From positions 7,091 to 71,090 of the forward strand of contig CAYGWR010000001.1 of NCBI GenBank assembly GCA_964353645.1: a stretch of DNA of 64,000 nucleotides, written 5' to 3'. This DNA comes from an uncultured Dehalococcoidia bacterium. GTDB taxonomy: Bacteria > Chloroflexota > Dehalococcoidia > SZUA-161. The notes beneath the pieces are model-generated. The model was not told the DNA's origin, did not search any database, and saw nothing but the letters and a program-made list of their open reading frames with translations. The position numbers were made by a program, and so were the translations under genes. This document shows, piece by piece, positions 19,371 through 28,964 of the stretch. Each line of letters starts with the position of its first letter. The stretch's first letter is position 1.

Positions 19371-21554
19371 ATGGCATATTCTTTCCAAAGAGAGATCGGG
19401 GGGAAGCCCCTGGTCATCGAAACAGGAGCACTGGCCGAGCAGGCTAACGGCGCAGTCACAGTTACTTACGGTGAGACTGTGGTTTTGGTTACTGCGTGCA
19501 TCAGCGCCGAACCTAGAGAAGGGCAAGATTTCCTGCCGCTTACTGTAGATTATGAGGAGAGGCTTTATGCTGCGGGGAAGATCCCCGGCAGTTTTTTCAG
19601 GAGGGAAGGTCGGCCCAGCCAAGAGGCTGTGCTAACAAGCAGGCTCACCGATAGACTTTTGCGGCCGCTTTTTTCCAAGAGCCTGCGCAACGATGTTCAA
19701 GTTATGGTAACTGTTCTTTCTGCGGACCAGGAGAACCCTCCTGATATTTTAGCTAGCTGCGGTGCCTCTGCAGCTCTGGGCATCTCCAAAATCCCGTTTG
19801 GGGGGCCAGTGGCTGCTGCCCGCGTTGGTTATATAGATGACGGATATGTGCTCAATCCTACCTTCACGCAGCTTAATCAAAGCAGGCTGGATTTGGTTGT
19901 AGCGGGAACCAAGGATGGAGTGATAATGGTGGAGGCAGGCGCGAAAGAGGTGGCTGAGGATATTCTTCTCGGAGCTCTCAAGTTTGGGCAGGAAGCAAAT
20001 CTGGAGGTAATCAAGCTCCAGGAGCAGCTTATCCAGGCTTGTGGCAAACCCAAAGTGGAGTTTAAGGGGAAAGAGCTAAGCCCAGAACTGCAGGTAACGG
20101 TTTCTAGCATTATCCGAGATAAGATAGGTCAGGGGCTTATCTGGAAGGATCGAGCAGATAGAGAAGTGGTTCTGGCCAAGCTCAAGGAAGAGATTTTAGA
20201 AAAATTAGGAAGCAGCTACTCTTCCCAGGAGATCAGCGCTGCCTTTAATTCAGGGTTGAAGGAGGCAGTGAGGTCTCTCATCTTGGAAAAGGGTATCCGC
20301 CCAGACGGCCGCGGCGTAACCGATATTCGCCCAATTAAATGTGAGGTTGGGCGTTTCCCTCGCACTCACGGCTCGGGATTGTTCATCAGGGGACAGACCC
20401 AAGTGCTGACTATTGCTACACTTGGTTCTCCGGGCGAGGAGCAGAAGATCGATGGGATTGGGCAGGAGGAAAGTAGACGCTATATGCACCACTATAACTT
20501 CCCGCCGTTTAGTACCGGCGAGGTTAAGCGTATGGGCGGGCCAGGGCGCCGTGAGATCGGACACGGGGCACTAGCAGAACGGGCCTTAGTGCCTGTGCTT
20601 CCTAGCGAGACGGATTTCCCCTACACTATTCGTCTGGTCTCCGAGGTGCTTAGTTCCAATGGCAGTACTTCCATGGCCAGTGTATGTGGCAGTACCTTGT
20701 CCTTAATGGACGCTGGCGTACCTATCAAGGCACCTGTGGCTGGGATAGCCATGGGGCTAGTGATGGGAGCAGACGGAAAGTATGCCATACTTACCGACAT
20801 CGAGGGCTTGGAGGATGCTCTGGGCGATATGGACTTTAAGGTGGCAGGAACTGCCGAAGGAGTAACGGCGCTCCAGTTGGACCTTAAGGTGAAGAACGTA
20901 GACTATGATATTATGGAGAAAGGGCTGATCCAGGCAAGAAATGCTCGCCTGTTCATCCTGGAGCGGATGAAAGAGACCATTGGTACTAGCCGACCGGAGC
21001 TAAGCAAATACGCACCTCGGCTTACCAAAATAACCATTGATCCTGAAAAAATCCGCACTGTAATTGGCTCTGGAGGCAAGACGATAAGGTCGATAATGAG
21101 TGAAGCCAAGGTTACTATTGATATTTCGAACGATGGCACTATCCTTATTGGCTCACCTGATGAGGATGCAACTAAAAAAGCGATAAAGATTATCGAGGAA
21201 CTGACCCGGGATGTTGAGGTTGGTGGGATGTACAATGGGCGTGTAACTCGTGTAACCAGTTTCGGTGCCTTTGTCGAAATCCTCCCAGGCAAGGAGGGAT
21301 TGGTGCATCTGAGCGAGTTGGCCGACTATCAGGCACCCAGCGTTGAAGATGTGGTTAAGGTGGGTGACGAAGTGATGGTTATGGTCACTGAAATCGACCG
21401 TCTTGGCAGGATAAACCTTTCCCGCCGTGCGGTGCTTCAAAAGATGTCCCAGGTACCAGGTGCCCAAGCGGGCACTGAGCAGAAGGAGTCCTCGGATTAC
21501 CCCTTCAAAAAGCATACAGAATCCCGGCCACCTCATCGCCACCAACGAGGGTAG
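19371..21554 (+). CDS. pnp: polyribonucleotide nucleotidyltransferase (PNPase)
   Basis: A 727-aa protein with two RNase PH domains plus KH and S1 domains. Its N-terminus is FQREIGGKPLVIETG. Confidence 0.95.
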   Translation: MAYSFQREIGGKPLVIETGALAEQANGAVTVTYGETVVLVTACISAEPREGQDFLPLTVDYEERLYAAGKIPGSFFRREGRPSQEAVLTSRLTDRLLRPLFSKSLRNDVQVMVTVLSADQENPPDILASCGASAALGISKIPFGGPVAAARVGYIDDGYVLNPTFTQLNQSRLDLVVAGTKDGVIMVEAGAKEVAEDILLGALKFGQEANLEVIKLQEQLIQACGKPKVEFKGKELSPELQVTVSSIIRDKIGQGLIWKDRADREVVLAKLKEEILEKLGSSYSSQEISAAFNSGLKEAVRSLILEKGIRPDGRGVTDIRPIKCEVGRFPRTHGSGLFIRGQTQVLTIATLGSPGEEQKIDGIGQEESRRYMHHYNFPPFSTGEVKRMGGPGRREIGHGALAERALVPVLPSETDFPYTIRLVSEVLSSNGSTSMASVCGSTLSLMDAGVPIKAPVAGIAMGLVMGADGKYAILTDIEGLEDALGDMDFKVAGTAEGVTALQLDLKVKNVDYDIMEKGLIQARNARLFILERMKETIGTSRPELSKYAPRLTKITIDPEKIRTVIGSGGKTIRSIMSEAKVTIDISNDGTILIGSPDEDATKKAIKIIEELTRDVEVGGMYNGRVTRVTSFGAFVEILPGKEGLVHLSELADYQAPSVEDVVKVGDEVMVMVTEIDRLGRINLSRRAVLQKMSQVPGAQAGTEQKESSDYPFKKHTESRPPHRHQRG

Positions 21555-21652
21555 CGGGCATGAAGGCAGAAGACCACTTGGGGGCGTTCCCCCCCGAAAA
21601 GGCCGCCTGTTAGCAGGTGGGCTGCTACAAGCAGGGATGAATCGAGGAGCAA

Positions 21653-22453
21653 ATGGAGCGGCGGGTAAAGGTTTTGGTGCATGGTGTGTTGGGGAAGATG
21701 GGGCAAGAGGTGCTCAGCGCCGTATGTCGTGATCCCAAGCTTGAGGTAGTAGCTGGTGTAGATACAAAGGCGGCGAAAAAAGAAATCCTATTGCCTGATG
21801 GGTCAAGCTCGCTTCCATTGTCCAAAGATTTAGAATCAGTTCTTCATAGTTGTCATCCTGATGTTCTGGTGGACTTCACTACTGCCGAGGCCACGATGCC
21901 TGCGGTGCGAACTGCGGTAAAACATGGTGTTGCCCTTGTTATTGGAACTACAGGGTTGTCTGATGCAGACCTAAACGAGATTAAAAGCCTGTGCAAGAAA
22001 AAGGGGGTGGGGGCGGTAGTTGCCCCCAACTTTACCATAGCAGCAGTGGTGATGATGCACTTGGCAAAAGTATCGGCTAGGTTTTTCGATTATGCTGAGA
22101 TCATCGAGATGCACCACGAGCAGAAACTAGATGCTCCCTCTGGAACCGCCCTGGCTACGGCAAGGGATATGGTTCAAGCCAGGGGCAGCAACTTTGTTCA
22201 TGTCTCTGCTAAAAAAGAGAGCATTGCCGGCAGTCGTGGTGGTGATTTGGGAGGGGTAGCGCTACACAGCGTGCGAATGCCAGGGCTGCTTGCACACCAA
22301 GAAGTTATTTTGGGCGCAGCGGGGCAGACGCTAAGGATACGCTTGGACCAGATAAACCGGGAGGCCTTTATGCCCGGGGTCACCTTAGCGATTAAGAAGG
22401 CAGCCGAACTTAAGGAGGCAGTTTTTGGTCTTGATAAGCTTCTGGGCCTTTAG
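21653..22453 (+). CDS. dapB: 4-hydroxy-tetrahydrodipicolinate reductase
   Basis: A 266-aa protein with an N-terminal Rossmann fold (KVLVHGVLGKMG) and the EMHHEQKLDAPSGTAL motif. Confidence 0.9.
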   Translation: MERRVKVLVHGVLGKMGQEVLSAVCRDPKLEVVAGVDTKAAKKEILLPDGSSSLPLSKDLESVLHSCHPDVLVDFTTAEATMPAVRTAVKHGVALVIGTTGLSDADLNEIKSLCKKKGVGAVVAPNFTIAAVVMMHLAKVSARFFDYAEIIEMHHEQKLDAPSGTALATARDMVQARGSNFVHVSAKKESIAGSRGGDLGGVALHSVRMPGLLAHQEVILGAAGQTLRIRLDQINREAFMPGVTLAIKKAAELKEAVFGLDKLLGL

Positions 22454-22459
22454 GGGGAA

Positions 22460-22773
22460 CATTGCTAATAAGGAAGTACCGTGTTGCTATCGTCGGGGCT
22501 ACTGGTCTAGTAGGCCAGGAGTTTATCAAAATCCTGGAGCAGAGGGATTTCCCATTATCCTCAGTCCATTTTTTTCGCTTCCGATAGATCAGTAGGGAAG
22601 AAGCTGTTTATCAATCATCGAGAGATCGAGCTTAAGGAGCTTACGACCCATTCGTTCGATCCGGTAGATATCGCCCTGTTCTCCGTTCGCAAAGGCGTTG
22701 CTCTTAATGCAGTCCAAATTGCTAGCACCTTATCTCTAAAGGGTGGATATAAGCGATTTCAAGGAGGTGGCAA
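22460..22773 (+). pseudogene. asd: remnant of aspartate-semialdehyde dehydrogenase (asd): N-terminal ~100 codons with at least one frameshift, then truncated
   Basis: The translation KYRVAIVGATGLVGQEFIKILEQRDFPLSSVHFF reads as the N-terminal NAD(P)-binding region of Asd. A stop follows a T7 homopolymer. The Asd-like sequence (ASDRSVGKKLF...DPVDIALFS) continues in another frame and then degenerates. Only 320 nt are available before dapA. Confidence 0.5.
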
Positions 22774-23667
22774 TTGGAGGAATTAGGTCGTCTTCTCACT
22801 GCAATGGTTACTCCTTTCGATGGCAAGGGAGATGTAGATTATAAGCAGGCGAAAAGGCTGGCCCTGGCACTGCTTAACTCAGGTAGTGACGGGCTGGTTG
22901 TTTCAGGGACCACCGGTGAGTCGCCGACTCTCAGTAAAGAGGAGAAGCTGCGTCTTTTAGCCGAGGTGAAGTCGGCAGTAGGCGATAGAGGAGCAGTGGT
23001 GGCCGGCACTGGAAACTACAATACTAAGGAAAGCATAGAGCTTACCAGGGAAGCGGAGAAGATCGGCGTTGATGCTGCACTGTTAGTAGTGCCATATTAC
23101 AATAAGCCGACTCAACAGGGGCTAAAGGAGCATTTTAAGGCAATTGCAGGTAGTACCTCACTTCCCTGTATTCTATACAATGTGCCCAGTCGCACCATTA
23201 CCAGTCTCACAGCGGAAACGGTTATCGAGTTGAGCAGGGTCGATAATATCGTGGGGTTGAAGGAAGCTAATGGCGATTTCGTGCATATGGCCAAGATACT
23301 CGATGGGGCAAAGAAGGGTTTTTTGCTCTACAGCGGCAACGACAGCGATACTTTCCCCATGCTTTCTATAGGTGGCTATGGGGTTATCTGTGTCACTTCT
23401 CATCTAGTAGGGATTCAGATGAGCGATATGATCTCGAAGGCAGTCAGCGGCAAGGCAGCTAAGGCCGCTGCCATCCATCGCAATCTATTGCCTTTAATGA
23501 ATGTCCTCTTTATTGTGGCTAATCCTATGCCTATTAAATACGCCTTGAACTGCGTGGGATTTAAGGTGGGTAAGCCACGTTTGCCTCTTACACCACCAGA
23601 TGAGAAGTCGGCAGCAGCAATAGAGGATATGCTAAAGAGGTACAAGATAGATTTACCTTTGGGCTAG
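22774..23667 (+). CDS. dapA: 4-hydroxy-tetrahydrodipicolinate synthase
   Basis: It has the GTTGESPTLS motif and a Schiff-base lysine region, and is 297 aa long. Confidence 0.9.
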   Translation: MEELGRLLTAMVTPFDGKGDVDYKQAKRLALALLNSGSDGLVVSGTTGESPTLSKEEKLRLLAEVKSAVGDRGAVVAGTGNYNTKESIELTREAEKIGVDAALLVVPYYNKPTQQGLKEHFKAIAGSTSLPCILYNVPSRTITSLTAETVIELSRVDNIVGLKEANGDFVHMAKILDGAKKGFLLYSGNDSDTFPMLSIGGYGVICVTSHLVGIQMSDMISKAVSGKAAKAAAIHRNLLPLMNVLFIVANPMPIKYALNCVGFKVGKPRLPLTPPDEKSAAAIEDMLKRYKIDLPLG

Positions 23668-24945
23668 ACCTTTAATATGCTCGGTCTTGGGCAGCCCCTG
23701 GAGTGCCCAGGGGCTTGTTTTGTTAACTTCAATATTAACTAGCTGACCGGGGCAATCATCGTCCTTCTCGAAGAATACCAGCTTATCTGTCCTGGTGCGG
23801 CCATACCATTTCGCCTTCTTCTTCCCTTCAACTAGGACTTCCAGGGTATGGCCCAAGAGTCGGGCATTGATCTCTGAGGCTATTTTGCTCTGTAATTCCT
23901 CAACCTCTTGCAGCCGCCTCCGCTTTTCGGAGAGGGAGACATTGTCCTTAAGCCTTTTCGCTGCCAGCGTGCCAGGCCGCGCTGAGTAGGCGGCGATATG
24001 AACGGTATCGAATCTGAGGTCGGAGAGAAGATCGATAGTTCTTTGGAACTGCCCCTCGGTTTCCCCGGGAAAGCCTACGATGATATCGGTAGCAAGAGCG
24101 ACGGTGGGGATGGCAAAGCGTATTTGTTCGACCAACTCCCGATAAGACTGCACGGTGTAGCCTCGCCCCATTGCTCGTAGGATTTCATCGTCGCCACCTT
24201 GAACCGGGAGGCTGATGTGCTCACAAACCTTTTCCAGCGAGGCCACAGCCTGGATAAGCTTCCGGCTCATATCCTTGGGGTGGGAGGTCAAAAAGCGAAT
24301 CCGTGTTAACCGCTCGATGGAGTTCAGTTCCTGCAATAAATCAGCTAAGCCGGGCTTATTAGGGAGATCATGCCCGTAAGAATCAACATTTTGCCCTAGC
24401 AGGGTGATCTCTTTCGCTCCCCGCTCCACAAGGCGCTCTACTTGGCAGCGCAACTCAGCAATGGGGTGGCTTTTCTCCCTTCCCCGCCGGTAGGGGACGA
24501 TGCAGTATGAGCAGAAGTTATCACAGCCCTCGATGATGGTTACGAACGCTGTTGGTGAAAGTGTGGGGGCCGTGAAGCTGTCTGATGCCTCCGGAGCCCG
24601 TGCTTTTGCCAGTTCCAGAAGCTCGTTAAATTGCCCTGGCTTCAGGAAGAGGTCAACATGGGGGAAACGGTGTTTCAGTTGGTCAACCTCCGAGTCGACC
24701 ATACAACCGGCAATGGCTACTACAGTATCCGGGCTGAGCCTCTTAAGCTCTTTCAGCGAATCCAGCTTACCGAGAACACGGTTCTCGGCGCTTTGTCGCA
24801 CCACGCAACTGTTGAGCACTATGAGGTTGGCCTTCTCTATGTCATGAGCAGACTGGTAGCCCAACCTCTCAAGGCTGGCTGCCAGTTGCTCAGAGTCAGC
24901 TTGGTTCATCTGGCAGCCTATGGTCCATATATGGTAATACGCCAT
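23653..24945 (-). CDS. miaB: tRNA-i6A37 methylthiotransferase (radical SAM, MiaB-type)
   Basis: It has the N-terminal MTTase domain, the radical-SAM CxxxCxxC motif (CDNFCSYC) and a TRAM C-terminus. Confidence 0.9.
   Translation of the reverse strand: MAYYHIWTIGCQMNQADSEQLAASLERLGYQSAHDIEKANLIVLNSCVVRQSAENRVLGKLDSLKELKRLSPDTVVAIAGCMVDSEVDQLKHRFPHVDLFLKPGQFNELLELAKARAPEASDSFTAPTLSPTAFVTIIEGCDNFCSYCIVPYRRGREKSHPIAELRCQVERLVERGAKEITLLGQNVDSYGHDLPNKPGLADLLQELNSIERLTRIRFLTSHPKDMSRKLIQAVASLEKVCEHISLPVQGGDDEILRAMGRGYTVQSYRELVEQIRFAIPTVALATDIIVGFPGETEGQFQRTIDLLSDLRFDTVHIAAYSARPGTLAAKRLKDNVSLSEKRRRLQEVEELQSKIASEINARLLGHTLEVLVEGKKKAKWYGRTRTDKLVFFEKDDDCPGQLVNIEVNKTSPWALQGLPKTEHIKGLAQR
23693..23724 (+). 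terminator. candidate intrinsic terminator for dapA (9-bp GC-rich hairpin + T-rich tail), overlapping the 3' codons of convergent miaB
   Basis: The stem AGCCCCTGG pairs with CCAGGGGCT around the loop AGTGC, and TGTTTTGTT follows. Confidence 0.45.
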
Positions 24946-25101
24946 GATATCCCTTTTGCTCTTTGAATATAATTCTTCCTTATTATATCAGATATGCTTT
25001 CGCTCTCAGAACTAAGAAACAGCTTATTCTGACATTACTGCAATCGAACGTCCTTTATCCCAGACCGAGACAAATGATGATTCATCAAGCACTTGATTGA
25101 G

Positions 25102-25131
25102 TTGACAATAACTGAAGTTGTAGCCTAACAT
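25102..25131 (+). promoter_or_regulatory. possible sigma70-like promoter (TTGACA - 18 nt - TAACAT) upstream of the methyltransferase gene
   Basis: The hexamers sit in an AT-rich stretch about 60 nt upstream of the ATG at 25190. Confidence 0.3.
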
Positions 25132-25189
25132 TCTGTGATGGTCGGTATATCCCAAGACGATTGGAGCACTGAAGGGTAGGGCAGGGCAC

Positions 25190-26104
25190 ATGTTTTCTAA
25201 CACTCTAGTGGCACTTAATCATGCTTGCTATGCTTTCGGTTGCAGAATTTTCAAGAGAGTGGAAAAGGCAAGGGCTTGGCCCGAGGCTGAGTTTTTGATT
25301 GACAATGTTCCCAATGAGATTTGGGGGGAGGTGGGAGACAACTATACTAACTGGGTTTATCAACAAGGATTTTTTGCAGCCCTGATAAAGTGCTGCACTA
25401 AAAATGAGTCTTTAAAGATAGTTGATTTTGGCTGTGGCCATGGGAAACTAGCTCCAGTAAGTGTATTCTTTACTCATCCGGAAGGTGGGTACTTGGGAAT
25501 AGATATACAAGAGGACTACATTAATTATTGCAGGCGTAAATATTCTCAATTGCCAAGAGTTAAATTCCATGTTTCAAAAGATTACAATCCTCTTTATTCT
25601 CCGCAACAACAAAGCGCTGTCGCTGGCAGTAAATCTTATGGGGAAGACTGGCCTGTTATTGCCGAGTCCATTGATGTCGTAATAGCAATCTCTGTTTTTA
25701 CTCATCTGCGGGAAGCGGATGCCTTCGGGTATATCAAGAAAATACATGATATCCTAAAACCCAACGCTTTAGCTATCTTAACCTGCCACATTGTTGAGGA
25801 ACCAAGGAAACAGCCCGGTTTTATATTTAAGTATAATCCGTTTCTCGTCAGCTTGTTTAAATTTCCCACACCGTTGCCAACAAGCTACAGCTGGTTTACG
25901 AGCAACACAGCATTACCTGAATCAGGTATAGCTATAAATATGGCAGGGTTGAATAGCTTGATACAAGGAAAGTTCAAGGTGGAGCGTATCATGAGAGGTT
26001 CTGCAACGGGGGGTAATGATCCTCTGCCTCAAGATGTTGTTGTGTTAAGGAAATTGACCTTGCAAATTGATAAGGTCCAGGAGACCATTGATATACCGCT
26101 TTAG
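25190..26104 (+). CDS. class I SAM-dependent methyltransferase
   Basis: A glycine-rich motif I (VDFGCGHGKL) sits in a Rossmann-like context. The gene looks AT-richer than its flanks. Confidence 0.6.
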   Translation: MFSNTLVALNHACYAFGCRIFKRVEKARAWPEAEFLIDNVPNEIWGEVGDNYTNWVYQQGFFAALIKCCTKNESLKIVDFGCGHGKLAPVSVFFTHPEGGYLGIDIQEDYINYCRRKYSQLPRVKFHVSKDYNPLYSPQQQSAVAGSKSYGEDWPVIAESIDVVIAISVFTHLREADAFGYIKKIHDILKPNALAILTCHIVEEPRKQPGFIFKYNPFLVSLFKFPTPLPTSYSWFTSNTALPESGIAINMAGLNSLIQGKFKVERIMRGSATGGNDPLPQDVVVLRKLTLQIDKVQETIDIPL

Positions 26105-26263
26105 AATCTTTGCAGAAATAAGGCTCGGTATTGGGTCAACACGTAATTCTTTTCGCCATTTTTCCATTCGTCTTAATACTCACTGCCTGAGAGAAGAAGG
26201 TTTTCACTTTGAGAGAGAAAGGGGAGGAGAAAGTTCAATGACGAGCAGAAGATTTTAACAAAC

Positions 26264-26355
26264 TGGCGGAGGGAATGGGATTCGAACCCATGAGGGAGGT
26301 TTCCCCCCCTAACCGCTTAGCAGGCGGCCGCACTAGACCACTATGCGATCCCTCC
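26264..26355 (-). tRNA. tRNA-Ser (anticodon GCU), type II with long variable arm, CCA encoded
   Basis: The reverse complement reads GGAGGGATCGCATAGTGGTCTAGTGCGGCCGCCTGCTAAGCGGTTAGGGGGGGAAACCTCCCTCATGGGTTCGAATCCCATTCCCTCCGCCA. It has a 7-bp acceptor stem, the anticodon loop CUGCUAA and a GGTTCGAATCC T-loop. Confidence 0.85.
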
Positions 26356-26600
26356 TACCTACGACCCTATTATAACCACAAAAGTTCGTTTTTCCAACCA
26401 CGAAAACATATCAGTCTGGAGGTTTCAATAGATAATTTTCTCCGCAATAAGTAGTCTATTTCAGGGGAAGGCATACCGAGGAGATCACCGAAAACATATT
26501 GATTGTGTTCTCCAATCCCCCGGTATACAATTAGTTTGGACACCTTAACTTAATGCAATCAGCGACTCAAATCCCAAATAAATCCCTGGAGGACAATTGA

Positions 26601-28091
26601 ATGCTTAACTTGAAACAGATTTTGTGCTTGGGCTCAGGAGGCTTCGCAGTAGGCGTAGTAATTGCATTAAGCACTGGTGTTGGACAGCTTGCACTCAAAC
26701 TGCATACCAGTTCTACGCTCCTGATTGGAATAGTTATTGGAATAGGTTGGTTTTTTGGAGTGATACTTCCCCCGGTAATAGGAATACTCAGTGACAATAC
26801 CCGTACCAGATTTGGAAGAAGAGTGCCATACCTGATGGTTTTTGTTCCCCTCACAGCAATAGCGATGCTTTTCATGGCATTTTTTGTGGGAGGGGGTACA
26901 GTAGGAGTAAGCAGTGAAGGAGTTAATGAGGAGTACTTTGTAAAAGTAACCGATGTGGTCCCAGGCGAGGAAGGCAAGTATGCTGTGAATCTATTATTGG
27001 GCAGCTATAAAGATGTGAATATTAAAGAGATGAAGATAACTTTAGATAAAGATTTTGAAGAGGCAGAGTGGGAGCCCTATAGCAATACAAAGACCTTGGT
27101 GGTATCAAACTACGAACAGGGTCAGACAGTTTATGCCAAATACAGGATTTATAGCGGCTTTGCCCCGGAATGGGCAATACTATTTCTTATTGCTGGTTTT
27201 ATCATCACCGCCCTTTTTTACAATATCTGGAATGCACCATATTGGGCACTGATGCCTGACATTACGAAGCCAGAAGAGAGAGGAAAAGCCAGCGGTGCTA
27301 TGCAAGCTTTCAACATAGTGGGGGCAATTGTAGCAATGGGTGTTAGCGGCGTTCTCTGGGATATAAATCCCGCCTATGCTTTTTATCTTTTCGCCGTGCT
27401 AATTCTTGTTACGGGCACAATTACTGCTTTCGGAATAAAGGAAAGAGAGCTGGTTAGAAGAAAAGGCGTTGAGATCGAGGAAGAAAAGAAGGTGAAGTTC
27501 CGTGAGATGATAAAGGATTTCTTCGAGGCGAAAGAATTTGCCAAATTTGCCCTTGTGACCAATTTCTACTGGTTTGCCATGGGGACATTCTCCACTTTCT
27601 TTGTGCTTTATGCCACTGAATATCTCCATATGGAGGAAGGCGCTTCGCTGATCCTGATGGGCATCTTTAGCATAATTATGGTTCTCTGCGCTGCCCCTTT
27701 AGGCATCTTCGCTGATAAGATCGGCAACAAAAAGAAGGTCCTAATTCTCGGCATGCTGCTCGGAATTTGCAGCATGCCTTTTGCCTGGTTTGTTACCGAC
27801 GTCGTTCAAGCTTACCCCATAATGGTCATGAGTGGTATTACGTTTGGAGCAATCACTGTTTGCGGTTATGCTATACAGACAGACCTATTACCACCGGGCA
27901 AGGAAGGGGAGCTTTTGGGTATCGGAACTATCTTTATGGCCTTGCCCATGATGCTCGCTTCATTTATAGTGGGGGCAATTATTGCAGCTTTAGGTAACGA
28001 CTATAGAGTGATGTGGATAATAGCTCCTTTCTCATTGTTAATAGCGTTGCTCATTCTTACGAAGGTGGATACTACACCGATCCACAAATAG
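26601..28091 (+). CDS. MFS transporter with ~90-aa hydrophilic insertion after the first helix pair
   Basis: Hydrophobic helices are spread across all 496 aa. Residues ~100-190 (VSSEGVNEEYF...YAKYRIYSG) are soluble and non-repetitive. Confidence 0.65.
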   Translation: MLNLKQILCLGSGGFAVGVVIALSTGVGQLALKLHTSSTLLIGIVIGIGWFFGVILPPVIGILSDNTRTRFGRRVPYLMVFVPLTAIAMLFMAFFVGGGTVGVSSEGVNEEYFVKVTDVVPGEEGKYAVNLLLGSYKDVNIKEMKITLDKDFEEAEWEPYSNTKTLVVSNYEQGQTVYAKYRIYSGFAPEWAILFLIAGFIITALFYNIWNAPYWALMPDITKPEERGKASGAMQAFNIVGAIVAMGVSGVLWDINPAYAFYLFAVLILVTGTITAFGIKERELVRRKGVEIEEEKKVKFREMIKDFFEAKEFAKFALVTNFYWFAMGTFSTFFVLYATEYLHMEEGASLILMGIFSIIMVLCAAPLGIFADKIGNKKKVLILGMLLGICSMPFAWFVTDVVQAYPIMVMSGITFGAITVCGYAIQTDLLPPGKEGELLGIGTIFMALPMMLASFIVGAIIAALGNDYRVMWIIAPFSLLIALLILTKVDTTPIHK

Positions 28092-28175
28092 CCGGGGTTT
28101 CTCAATAGCTGGATGGGATCGTGCTATTATATCGGATTGCCCATATCAGATATTCAGATATAAGGAGGTTTTTAA

Positions 28176-28958
28176 ATGGCAGCAAAAGGTATCCTTAGCG
28201 GTAAAGCAGCCATAATCACTGGGGCAGCATCTGGAATTGGACGTGCCACTGCGATTTTATTTGCTAAAGAGGGCGCCAAAGTGGCAGTGGCTGACATAAA
28301 CGATGGTGGAGGAAGGGAAACGATCAAACTTATACAAAAGGGAAAGGGAGAAGCCTTTTTTGTGCGCACAGATGTTTCCAAAGCTTTCGATGTGGAGAAC
28401 ATGGTTCAAAAGATTTTGGCCCACTTTGGAGGGATAGATGTTTTGGTCAATAACGCCGGCATAGTGTTGGTCAAGCCGCTGACAGAGACTACAGAAGAGG
28501 ATTTTGAAAGAGTGGTCAACACGAACTACAAAAGTGTGTTTCTCTGCACCAAATATGTGGTGCCGCATATGAAAAGGGGCGGTTCTATCGTCAACATCGC
28601 CTCTATATCCGGGCATGTAGGCCAGATCGATCATGCCATTTACGGTGGGACCAAAGGGGCGATAATTTCCTTAACCAGAGCACTCGCCTGGGAGCTGGCT
28701 CCTTTGGGCATCAGGGTCAACAGTATCAGTCCTGGCTCTGTGGAAACCTCAATGCTTTTGGGCGATGTTGAGATCGAAGCAAAGAGGCGAGGAGTATCAA
28801 TAGATGTTATTCGCAAGGAGAGGTCGGATATCGGGGCACTGAGAAGATGGGCTTCCCCTGAAGAAATCGCTCATGCTATAGCATTTCTGTCCTCGGATAA
28901 GGCGTCCTATATCACAGGGATCGACCTGCTGGTGGATGCCGGCTGGGCAGCTGGATAA
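28176..28958 (+). CDS. short-chain dehydrogenase/reductase (SDR) family oxidoreductase
   Basis: TGAASGIGRA cofactor motif, NNAG motif, and a catalytic Y(x)3K implied by YGGTKGAI. Confidence 0.85.
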   Translation: MAAKGILSGKAAIITGAASGIGRATAILFAKEGAKVAVADINDGGGRETIKLIQKGKGEAFFVRTDVSKAFDVENMVQKILAHFGGIDVLVNNAGIVLVKPLTETTEEDFERVVNTNYKSVFLCTKYVVPHMKRGGSIVNIASISGHVGQIDHAIYGGTKGAIISLTRALAWELAPLGIRVNSISPGSVETSMLLGDVEIEAKRRGVSIDVIRKERSDIGALRRWASPEEIAHAIAFLSSDKASYITGIDLLVDAGWAAG

Positions 28959-28964
28959 AACAGG

